DNA of 30,971 bases from an uncultured Methanosarcinales archaeon (lineage in GTDB: Archaea; Nanobdellota; Nanobdellia; Woesearchaeales; UBA525). The translations under genes and the position numbers were made by a program. Location: positions 1 through 30,971 of the forward strand of contig CAYNGK010000003.1 of NCBI GenBank assembly GCA_964396935.1. Direction: 5' to 3'. A model generated the notes under the pieces. That model was not told the origin of the DNA and did not search any database. It was given only the letters and a program-made list of their open reading frames with translations. Positions 8,718 through 16,023 of the stretch are shown here, piece by piece; position 1 is the first letter of the stretch; each line of letters begins with the position of its first letter.

Positions 8718-8771
8718 TTTTATTTAAGCCTTCTGGAGCTCGCCTGCTGGCTCGGCGTGCGATGCCGCCGT

Positions 8772-9284
8772 TCACGTGACGACGATAGTGCCCGTCATCT
8801 CACGGTGTCCCTCGCCGCAGTACACGTTGCAGCGGAAGCTGAACGTGCCGGTCTTGTCTGGGATGAACTCGACGGTCTTCGTCTCGCCGGGACCGAACGT
8901 GCCGGTCGTGACGTCGAACTCCGGGATCGAGATGCCGTGCTCCCCCTCGCGGCTCGTCGCGATGAGACGCACGCGCGTCCCGACGGGCACGGTGATCCTG
9001 CTCGGCTCGAAACCCCAATCGAACGCCTCGATGCGGATCTCCTGTATGGCCTGCGCTCCTGCCGTCGTCTCTGCGCTTGGAAGCGGTTCCGTTTGCGTCT
9101 CTTTTGCTGGGACGGTATCCTGGGCGGGGACCTGCGCAGGCGGCACTGGCGCAGCGGAGGCGTCGGCAGGCACATCCGTCGTCGGTGCGTTCTGCGCGCC
9201 CGCGTCGATCGTGCTTGCCGCGGGAGCGCACGCGACCGTGAGTGCGGCGATGACTGCCAGTGCTATCCAGATCCGCGATTCCAT
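8772..9284 (-). CDS. Secreted or lipid-anchored cupredoxin with a CuA-type motif, 170 aa
   Basis: Signal peptide with lipobox-like LTVA-C, a Pro/Ala/Thr linker, then EHGISI...FRCNVYCGEGHREMTG (H...CxxxCxxxHxxM). Confidence 0.85.
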   Translation of the reverse strand: MESRIWIALAVIAALTVACAPAASTIDAGAQNAPTTDVPADASAAPVPPAQVPAQDTVPAKETQTEPLPSAETTAGAQAIQEIRIEAFDWGFEPSRITVPVGTRVRLIATSREGEHGISIPEFDVTTGTFGPGETKTVEFIPDKTGTFSFRCNVYCGEGHREMTGTIVVT

Positions 9285-9310
9285 AGCTCCACCTCAGGAC
9301 CCTACAACGG

Positions 9311-9769
9311 TTATGCGGCGACGATCACGCCACTGAACATCCCCATGCTGCACGAGAAATCATAGCGCCCGGGCGCAGGGGTGAACTCGAACTCGCTATT
9401 CGTTCCCAGCTCCAACCGTTCGCTGATGCCGAGCTTTGGCGCGACGAAGTAGCTTGCGCACCCGCGCGCTTCCCCATCGATGATCAACCGCACTGGCTTG
9501 TTGGCCTCGACCTGGAACTCATTGGGTGTGTACCCGCGGTCGGTCGCGGTCATGCGCAGGACCTGCACGCCGTCCTCAAGCTCCGCCGTCGTCGGTTGAT
9601 TGCCGACAGGAAGCGCCGGAGGTTGCCCGGCCCCGCCCGTGCGTGAGAAGATGGCATAGAGCGTGCCCGCGAGTATGACGACGAGCACGGCGATGCCGAT
9701 CAGGGCAATCCATGGTGTGCTCTGTGTCGGTGCTGGTGCTGCGTAATCCCGCTTGCGGCGTTTGCCCAT
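9311..9769 (-). CDS. Membrane-anchored cupredoxin (CupA/Cupredoxin_1-like), ~152 aa
   Basis: Basic N-terminus, one TM helix, GYTPNEFQVEANKPV, GCAS, and FSCSMGM. The start at ATG 9769 is inferred. Confidence 0.82.
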   Translation of the reverse strand: MGKRRKRDYAAPAPTQSTPWIALIGIAVLVVILAGTLYAIFSRTGGAGQPPALPVGNQPTTAELEDGVQVLRMTATDRGYTPNEFQVEANKPVRLIIDGEARGCASYFVAPKLGISERLELGTNSEFEFTPAPGRYDFSCSMGMFSGVIVAA

Positions 9770-9812
9770 TCCCGCCAACGGGATAGGGCGGGGTTCTTGA
9801 ATCTTGTGGAGG

Positions 9813-10547
9813 TCACAACGTGATGCCAAACGCCATCGCTATGCGCTCCTCGACCCCGAATAGCCAGCCGATGAGGGGGCTGCGCGCAAGCAGCGTGTCG
9901 AAACGCATGAGAAAGACGAGGCCGACCACCAGGAGCATCGCGCCGGTGATAAGCTGCGTCGTGTGGACGCGCCGCCCCCACAGGTGCACCGTTCGGCCGC
10001 GCAGGATGGCGAGGAACCGGCCGCCCTTGAGGCGGTCGAGGAACGCGCTGATGATCAGGAGCGGCACAAGCAGGCCCAGCGCGTACGCCGCGAGCAGAAG
10101 ACCGCCTTGGAATGCGGTCTGGGTCTGCGCGGCGAGCAGGAGCGCGGATCCGACGATCGGGCCGATGCACCCGCTCCAGGACACCGCGAAAAGGAGTCCG
10201 AACAGGAACGCGCCAGCAAGCGTGCGTTTGGGCTCCGCGCGTACCTGGAACCCGGGAAGCTCGTGGCCGGAGATCAGGATGCCCCCCAAGATGAGGAACA
10301 GCACGCCGACTGTTCGCGTGATCACGTCTTTATTCGCGGCGATGAGCGCGCCAAACGACCCGGCGAGCGTACCGAGCGCGATGAACACGAAGGCGAGACC
10401 CGCGCCAAAACTCAGCGTGCGTGCGATCGTCCCGATACGCGTGGGTGTCGCCGCGAACGCGAAGTACGCGGGCAGCACCGGCAAGGTGCACGGCGCGAGA
10501 AACGAAAGGACGCCGGCAAGGAACGCGAGCAGGAGGAGAGCGAGCAT
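9813..10547 (-). CDS. ccdA: CcdA/DsbD-family transmembrane thiol-disulfide electron transporter, 244 aa
   Basis: Two conserved Cys motifs, SFLAPCTLPVLP and SWSGCIGPIVG, in a ~6-7 TM protein. Confidence 0.88.
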   Translation of the reverse strand: MLALLLLAFLAGVLSFLAPCTLPVLPAYFAFAATPTRIGTIARTLSFGAGLAFVFIALGTLAGSFGALIAANKDVITRTVGVLFLILGGILISGHELPGFQVRAEPKRTLAGAFLFGLLFAVSWSGCIGPIVGSALLLAAQTQTAFQGGLLLAAYALGLLVPLLIISAFLDRLKGGRFLAILRGRTVHLWGRRVHTTQLITGAMLLVVGLVFLMRFDTLLARSPLIGWLFGVEERIAMAFGITL

Positions 10548-10550
10548 ACG

Positions 10551-11048
10551 CTACCGCTCCCGCCGCAGGTACTCGCCGCGGTCTAGCAGATGCTTGACGA
10601 GCACCGCGTGACGCTTGCGCGGGTCGAACGGGTTGAAGATCATACCGTACCCAAGCACACGGTCCTGCTCATCGACGAGGAACACGAGCTCTCCCGCGCG
10701 ATACCCGGGGGATCCGAGCACCCCTTCCATAAGGACATCGCGACCGCACAGGTAGAGCCATGCCGACTTGCTCTCGAGCGCGACGCGGCGGTCGCTGCCC
10801 GCGCCGAGCATAGAGACCAGGGCGCTCGTGGGGCGGAACCCCCCACGCTCCTCGCCGAGGTAGATGCCGCCGGAGAACGGTTCCCACCCGCGCTCGCGCG
10901 CGGCGGCGATGAGCCCTTGCGGATCGTGGAACCAGCGCGGCCCGATGCGCACCGTGTGCGCAGGCACCTCTTGTCCGAACAGTGCGCAGAACTCCGCGAT
11001 GGTCTTGACGTGCGGAGGTTTGGGTGCACGGGATCGCGGCGGCGTCAT
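10551..11048 (-). CDS. Archaeal Nip7-like PUA-domain ribosome biogenesis protein, 165 aa
   Basis: GIYLGE...FRPT, WLYLCGRDV, VLGYG, and the C-terminal LLDRGEYLRRER. Confidence 0.75.
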   Translation of the reverse strand: MTPPRSRAPKPPHVKTIAEFCALFGQEVPAHTVRIGPRWFHDPQGLIAAARERGWEPFSGGIYLGEERGGFRPTSALVSMLGAGSDRRVALESKSAWLYLCGRDVLMEGVLGSPGYRAGELVFLVDEQDRVLGYGMIFNPFDPRKRHAVLVKHLLDRGEYLRRER

Positions 11049-12520
11049 CGCTTCCCCTTACCTTTCTTCTTGCCTTTGCCGCTCTCGAGCAATTCCTTCG
11101 CTTTCGCAAGCGATGCTTCTGCGTTCGCGATCTCCGTATCAGCGTCTGTTGCCGCCGTCGGAGCTGCCAGCTCCTGTTGCGCTCCTTCTGCTTTGCGTGT
11201 GGTCGTGGCGGGACCTGGAGCCGCGTTCTGTGATGGTTCCTCCTTTGCCGGCGGGACCTCGCCCGGGATGGTGGCGCCAAGCGCGAGCGCCGCATCCTTG
11301 AGCGCCCGTTCGTGCGTGATGCGCTTCTCAGGAGCGAGGTCTTGCGTGACGAACGCGATCTTCGCGGCAATCGTCGCCGAATCGCGGCGAGCCGCGAGCA
11401 AGAACTGGCGCTTGTCGTACGCGGCGAGCGCCGCGACATCGCGCATCAGCCCGCGGCGCAGCGTGCTTTGCTGCGGCAAGAGCTCGCTCACGCGAGCCGC
11501 TGACTGCTCGATGCGTTGCGCGACTTGCGTGAGTCGCGTCGCGAGATGGCGCGTGTTGGGTCGCGCGGCCTGCGTGATTTGCTCGGCGATGGCCGTGCAC
11601 GCGTCGATGACGCGTTCGGGTTCGTTCGCTATCGTGCGTGGCGCGTCGCGCTCGAGGCTCTCGAGCACCTGGCGCGCTGCACCTGGCGGGGTGAGATCGC
11701 GATGCTTGCGGTAGTACGCGAGCGTGTCGCGTGCCGCCTGCTGCACAGGACCGGTGTGCGTGTCGAGCTCCTCATCGATCGCGACAATCCGCGTGAGCGC
11801 GTCGCGCGCCTCTTCGTTGCGCACGAGCCCTTCCTGCTCTTTGATGCTCTGCTCAAGTTCCTGGATGCGAGCGGATGCCGTCTCCTGGTCCTTGCGTAGG
11901 GATGCGAGGAGCTCCTCTTCCTTGCCGCGGCGCTCATCGAGCTTGGTGAGCTCCTGATGCGCCTCATGGAGGCGTTTGACATGGGTGAACCCGCGCTCCT
12001 CGAGCCCTTGCGCGAAACGGAGGACGGTGTCCTCCAGGCGCTTGATCGCGCCATCGGCGGCATCAAGCCGCTCACCGAGTTGCTCGCGCAACGCCGCGGT
12101 ATGTTTCGCCGAACGGTCCTGGAATGCCTGCAGCGCCTCCTGGAACGCCTGCTGTTCGGCCTCGAACCGGAACAGTTCAGTGAACACTGCCGTGTCGAGC
12201 ACCTTGCGTGCCTGCTGCGCGTACTCGCGCGCGTGGATCTCGTTGACGGTCCTCGCCCGCTCGGGCAGCGCCGCGATCGTCTTCTCGTCCGTGAGGCTGC
12301 CCAATGCCGTCGCCGCCTCCTGGACGAGCCGTCGCGTATCGGTGCTGAACTCCTGGAACGCATCGTCGAGCTTGAGATGCGTGATCGTCTGGGCGGTCCA
12401 GGTGCTGTGATCGTCGCCCAGCGTGAGCGGGGATGCTGTGGCGTCGAGAGAGTGCTTGATCGCGTCGCCGAATTTCCCGATGCCGCGCAGGCGATCGTTG
12501 AGCTTCTCGAAAAGTCCCAT
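11045..12520 (-). CDS. Coiled-coil hypothetical protein, ~491 aa
   Basis: Long ORF with genome-typical codon usage, an E/R/A/L-rich heptad-like middle and a basic tail. Start MGLFEK (12520) lies 26 nt from the TATA at 12547-12555. Confidence 0.75.
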   Translation of the reverse strand: MGLFEKLNDRLRGIGKFGDAIKHSLDATASPLTLGDDHSTWTAQTITHLKLDDAFQEFSTDTRRLVQEAATALGSLTDEKTIAALPERARTVNEIHAREYAQQARKVLDTAVFTELFRFEAEQQAFQEALQAFQDRSAKHTAALREQLGERLDAADGAIKRLEDTVLRFAQGLEERGFTHVKRLHEAHQELTKLDERRGKEEELLASLRKDQETASARIQELEQSIKEQEGLVRNEEARDALTRIVAIDEELDTHTGPVQQAARDTLAYYRKHRDLTPPGAARQVLESLERDAPRTIANEPERVIDACTAIAEQITQAARPNTRHLATRLTQVAQRIEQSAARVSELLPQQSTLRRGLMRDVAALAAYDKRQFLLAARRDSATIAAKIAFVTQDLAPEKRITHERALKDAALALGATIPGEVPPAKEEPSQNAAPGPATTTRKAEGAQQELAAPTAATDADTEIANAEASLAKAKELLESGKGKKKGKGKR

Positions 12521-12546
12521 TCTAGCTTTCCGACCGTCGCAGGTCA

Positions 12547-12555
12547 TTTAATATA
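12547..12555. promoter_or_regulatory. Bidirectional TATA element (TTTAATATA)
   Basis: Single AT-rich element 26 nt from ATG 12520 (-) and 22 nt from ATG 12578 (+). Confidence 0.65.
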
Positions 12556-12577
12556 CTTGCGTAGGGGTCTCTCCCGA

Positions 12578-12868
12578 ATGGCCCCGCGTTCGCGCAAGGA
12601 AGCCGCCGGTGTCCGCCAGCAGATCGCCGATCTGTTCGCACGGGCTGCGACAACAGCAGTATCCGATCTGGAAGCAGCGCGTGCGCTCGTCAAGAAAGCG
12701 CGCCAGATGGCGTCCCGAAAGCGCGTCTCTTTGCGTGCGTTCAACCGCTCGCACTGCCGCAAGTGCTGCGCGTACTTCACGGCCCGGACGTTGCGTGTGC
12801 GCACGCGACCCACGCACGTCGTGTACGCGTGCCTCTCGTGTGGTCACGTGACGCGGTTGCGTACCTAG
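12578..12868 (+). CDS. rnp4: Ribonuclease P protein component 4 (Rpp21), 96 aa
   Basis: ARALVKKARQMASRKRVSL...RSHCRKC...CLSCGHVTR, a 4-Cys zinc ribbon. Confidence 0.88.
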   Translation: MAPRSRKEAAGVRQQIADLFARAATTAVSDLEAARALVKKARQMASRKRVSLRAFNRSHCRKCCAYFTARTLRVRTRPTHVVYACLSCGHVTRLRT

Positions 12869-12877
12869 ACGGCGTGG

Positions 12878-13081
12878 TTACCGCCGGATGCTCGCGCCAA
12901 GGACACCGAGACCAAACAGCAAGAGGAAGAAACCGGCGAACAGCTTGAGGAATTTCAACAGCGTCTGCCAGTCGCTGTAGATGAGCCAGCCGCCCACGAT
13001 CAGGAACACGAGACCCGCGAGGAATCCGATCACGCTGATGCCGCCTGCGCGTGCGCCGGGTGTGACGTTGCGTATCGCCAT
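12878..13081 (-). CDS. Small two-TM membrane protein, 67 aa
   Basis: Two hydrophobic helices, and the ORF fills the gap between rpp21 and the bud32 promoter. Confidence 0.7.
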   Translation of the reverse strand: MAIRNVTPGARAGGISVIGFLAGLVFLIVGGWLIYSDWQTLLKFLKLFAGFFLLLFGLGVLGASIRR

Positions 13082-13180
13082 TGCCGTACCTTGCTGAGGA
13101 TGAGGAGGCCCTTGCGGTACTCGCCCGCGTTCATCGGCCGTCCGAAGACGGGCTCGACGGGCTTAAGGCCGAAGGGTTGT
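13082..13180 (-). promoter_or_regulatory. Candidate structured ~95-nt 5' leader of the small membrane protein gene
   Basis: TATA TTTTTAAA at 13208-13201 lies 120 nt from the ATG. The leader has a CCGUC-UUCG-GACGG hairpin (13151-13138) plus GCCCG/CGGGC, UCGGCC/GGCCGA and GUACC/GGUAC pairings. Confidence 0.45.
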
Positions 13181-13279
13181 GTGCCGGAAGGGGAGAGGCG
13201 TTTAAAAAGATATCCGTGGGGGCGCCGGAGCTGCTCCGTCGGCGACACACTTAAAAACCTCCCGTCGACTTTCGGTTCC

Positions 13280-13873
13280 ATGACCCGTATCGCACAGGGT
13301 GCCGAAGCGATTCTCGAGCGTACGGAGCATGGTATCCGCAAGACCCGTCATGCAAAACCGTACCGTCACCCGCAGATCGACCATGACCTGCGTACGCGTC
13401 GCACGCGCGCAGAGGCGAAGATCCTCGCGAAGGCACGGGCGCTTGGCGTGCCGGTCCCTGATGCCACGGTTGTGGACGATCACACCCTCCTGCTCTCCGT
13501 GGCGCCCGGCGTGCCGCTCAAAGAGACGCTCGACGCGGATCCGCAGCTCATGCGCGTTGTCGGCGCATCTGTCGCGCAGCTGCACGACGGCGGGATCATC
13601 CACGGCGACCTGACCACGAGCAACATCATGCACGACCCAGCGACGGGTCGGCTCACGTTCATCGATTTCGGCCTCGCGTACCACAGCGATCGGATCGAAG
13701 ACCGCGCCGTTGACCTGCATGTCCTCAAGCAGGCGCTCACGAGCAAGCACCACCGCGTGAGCGCGGCCGCGTTCCGCCACTGCTGCGCGGGCTACCGCGA
13801 GAGCGCGCAGGCGGACGCGACGCTTGAGCGATTGCGCGCGGTGGAGCGCCGCGGGCGCAACAAGGTGACCTGA
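13280..13873 (+). CDS. bud32: KEOPS complex kinase Bud32, 197 aa
   Basis: QGAEA, RTRAEAKIL, IIHGDLTTSN, IDFGLA, EDRAVDLHVL and VERRGRNK. A TTAAAAA box lies at ~13251-13257. Confidence 0.93.
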   Translation: MTRIAQGAEAILERTEHGIRKTRHAKPYRHPQIDHDLRTRRTRAEAKILAKARALGVPVPDATVVDDHTLLLSVAPGVPLKETLDADPQLMRVVGASVAQLHDGGIIHGDLTTSNIMHDPATGRLTFIDFGLAYHSDRIEDRAVDLHVLKQALTSKHHRVSAAAFRHCCAGYRESAQADATLERLRAVERRGRNKVT

Positions 13874-13876
13874 CTG

Positions 13877-15679
13877 ATGGTGGACCACCGCAAGATCCTG
13901 CTCGCGTTTGGCATGTTCTTTCTCCTCTTGGCGTTCTTCGCGCACATGAATGCCACGGGATCGCGCGCAGACGAGCTCACGCTGCTGACAGTCGCGGACA
14001 CCAGCACCGGCGCGATGGGCGGCACCGCCAGCCTGCGCCTCGAGGTCAGGCCCGGCACCGGCGCGATCTTCATCGACAGCTTTCCCCTGACGCGCATCGA
14101 TACGCAGGCGAGCGCGCGCTACGCGCAGCAGGTGGCGTGCGATCATCTCGATATCGATTGCAGCCAGTACGATTTCTACTACACCATCCGTGCGAACACC
14201 GCCGTTGTCGGCGGTCCGAGCGCAGGTGGCGCGATCGCGGTCCTCACCGCCTCGGTGCTCTCGGGCCTGCCGATCGACCATTCGATCGCGATGACCGGCA
14301 CGATCAACAGCGGCGGCGTGATCGGGCCGGTCGCTGGCGTGCGCGCGAAGATCGCTGGCGCACGTCAAGCAGGCATCAAGACCGTGCTCATCCCGGTGCT
14401 CGCCGGTCCGGAGAATGGCACGATGGCACCCGACGGCAACGCAACGCCGCCGGCCAACGGTTCCGTTGAGGAACCGTTCGGGCCGCTGCCTCGTGGCCGC
14501 GTGCCGGAGCTCTCCGGATCGGGTGTGGAGGTGTTCGCGGTCAGCACGCTCGATGAGGCGCTCGCCGCATTCACCGGACGAGCACCTTCGCCGCCGCCGG
14601 CTCCCCTGACACCGCCGCCGCAGTACACCGAGCGCATGCGCGCGATCGGCGAAGGATTGTGCGCGCGCAATGCGCAGCTGCGTGCGCAAGCGGACCAGCG
14701 CGGGCTCGCATATGGGGATCCGAACAACTACACGCAACGCATCGCGGCGGTTCCCGTCGAGGAAGGATACGCGCGCGCATCGCTGTGCTTCAGCCAGGAT
14801 ATCGAGATCGCCACGATCATCGCGCAGGCCATGACCCCGGCGCAGCAGGACGCGCTCGCGCGTGAGGTGCGTTCGCGCATCGAGGATGCGCGTGGCACCG
14901 TTGGGAATGTGACGTTGCGTACGGTCGGTGATCTCGAGGTCGCGGCGATCGTACGCGAACGCATCGCGCAGGCGCAATCGCTGCTCGACGGGCGCAACAG
15001 GACCGATTTGAACGCGTCGGCTGCGGATATCGCGTACGCGGATGAGCGTGTGCGCAGCGCGCAGAGCTGGACTGCCCTGCTTGGCATGTCGGGTGCTCCA
15101 TTGCGTATGGACGAGGAGCGGCTGCGCCGCACGTGCCTTGCGAAGATCGCGGAAGCCGATGAGCGCATCAGCTACGTGCGTGTCTACGCGCCTGGTGCGG
15201 TCGCCTCGGCAGAGGAGAGCCTGCAGCTCGCGTACGCGAGCGACAGCGATCCGGTCCTCTGCATCCTGCATGCTGCGACTGCTGTCGCTGACGCGAACCT
15301 CATCAGCGGCGCTATCGCTGTTGACGCATCACGTGTCGATGATCTCCTCGCCGAGAAGCTCGCTGCCGGCGAACGCGTGCTTGCTGAGCGCCAGGCGCAT
15401 GGCGCGTTCCCGATCCTCGGCTACAGCTACTGGCAGTACGCGTCCCGTCTTGGCGCTGACGCGCCGTACAGCGCGCTCACCTTCGCTGAGCAATCGCTCG
15501 AGCTCGCGACGCTCGATATGTATTTCCCTCCTGAACGCGCGTCCTGGCGCGTGCCGCCGGAAGCGGCGAACGGCGTCGTGTTCTTCAGCTACGGCGCCGC
15601 GTTCATGGTCGGTATCTCCTTGCTGCTGTGGCCGACGGCCGTGACGGCATCGCCGAAGCGACGTCGGCGACGGCGTTGA
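13877..15679 (+). CDS. Membrane-anchored Lon-type (S16) serine protease without an AAA domain (COG1750-like), 600 aa
   Basis: N-terminal signal/TM segment, Ser-Lys dyad GPSAG...TGTINSGG...RAKI, and a C-terminal TM followed by an Arg-rich tail. Confidence 0.88.
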   Translation: MVDHRKILLAFGMFFLLLAFFAHMNATGSRADELTLLTVADTSTGAMGGTASLRLEVRPGTGAIFIDSFPLTRIDTQASARYAQQVACDHLDIDCSQYDFYYTIRANTAVVGGPSAGGAIAVLTASVLSGLPIDHSIAMTGTINSGGVIGPVAGVRAKIAGARQAGIKTVLIPVLAGPENGTMAPDGNATPPANGSVEEPFGPLPRGRVPELSGSGVEVFAVSTLDEALAAFTGRAPSPPPAPLTPPPQYTERMRAIGEGLCARNAQLRAQADQRGLAYGDPNNYTQRIAAVPVEEGYARASLCFSQDIEIATIIAQAMTPAQQDALAREVRSRIEDARGTVGNVTLRTVGDLEVAAIVRERIAQAQSLLDGRNRTDLNASAADIAYADERVRSAQSWTALLGMSGAPLRMDEERLRRTCLAKIAEADERISYVRVYAPGAVASAEESLQLAYASDSDPVLCILHAATAVADANLISGAIAVDASRVDDLLAEKLAAGERVLAERQAHGAFPILGYSYWQYASRLGADAPYSALTFAEQSLELATLDMYFPPERASWRVPPEAANGVVFFSYGAAFMVGISLLLWPTAVTASPKRRRRRR

Positions 15680-15704
15680 GCGCTATCTTCGGATACTCCT
15701 GCGC

Positions 15705-15857
15705 TGAGGTCAGGCAGCGTGCTTCCACGTCGGGAAACGGCCCTGGAAGGTCCCGCCCGACGTTGCCGCCGAGCGGGTCCCTCCCGGGAAAAGAGGTGAG
15801 TTACCAACCGCGAACCTTTGTCGGGATCACGGTTGCGATGAGCGCACGCCTGGTCGT
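15705..15857 (-). ncRNA. Candidate orphan structured ncRNA (~150 nt, closed multi-way junction)
   Basis: Terminal helix CAGGCGUGC (15852-15844) / GCACGCugCCUG (15722-15711) encloses four hairpins, including an 8-bp perfect ACGUCGGG/CCCGACGU stem. The 5' end sits about 26 nt downstream of a TATA box at 15884-15891. No family match was recognised. Confidence 0.55.
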
Positions 15858-15879
15858 ATTTATCCTTTCCCATTCTGAC

Positions 15880-15895
15880 ACCATTTTAAAATGGT
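15880..15895. promoter_or_regulatory. Perfect 16-bp palindrome ACCATTTTAAAATGGT containing a TATA box
   Basis: It equals its own reverse complement. The spacing fits a minus-strand promoter for the candidate ncRNA. Confidence 0.7.
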
Positions 15896-16023
15896 TACAA
15901 GTTACAGCGAAATCGTCACCTTCCATTGACGAATACCGTATCTGCGAATCGGTCATCTGCCGTCGGTGATTCTCCCCGCTTGGGCACAATTCCTTTAAGG
16001 TGATGCGGTGCTGCTGGTTCTCC

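Noticed and set aside
13130-13175. Resemblance to pistol or twister ribozymes (UUAAGCCC... followed by a hairpin) and to the 5S rRNA UAAGCCC segment
   Set aside because: There is no upstream P1 loop to form the pistol pseudoknot and no G-U cleavage junction, the twister core is absent, and 5S helix I and loop C are not recoverable.
15705-15857. Identification of the candidate ncRNA as SRP RNA, RNase P RNA, 5S rRNA, tRNA or a known riboswitch
   Set aside because: It lacks the SRP helix-8 motif, the P4 motifs, CCGAAC and a cloverleaf. Matches to FMN or guanidine riboswitches are only a few nucleotides long.
15893-15906. Tandem GTTACA hexamers in the AT-richer spacer as a replication origin
   Set aside because: There are only two copies, no ORB-like motif and no adjacent orc1/cdc6 gene.
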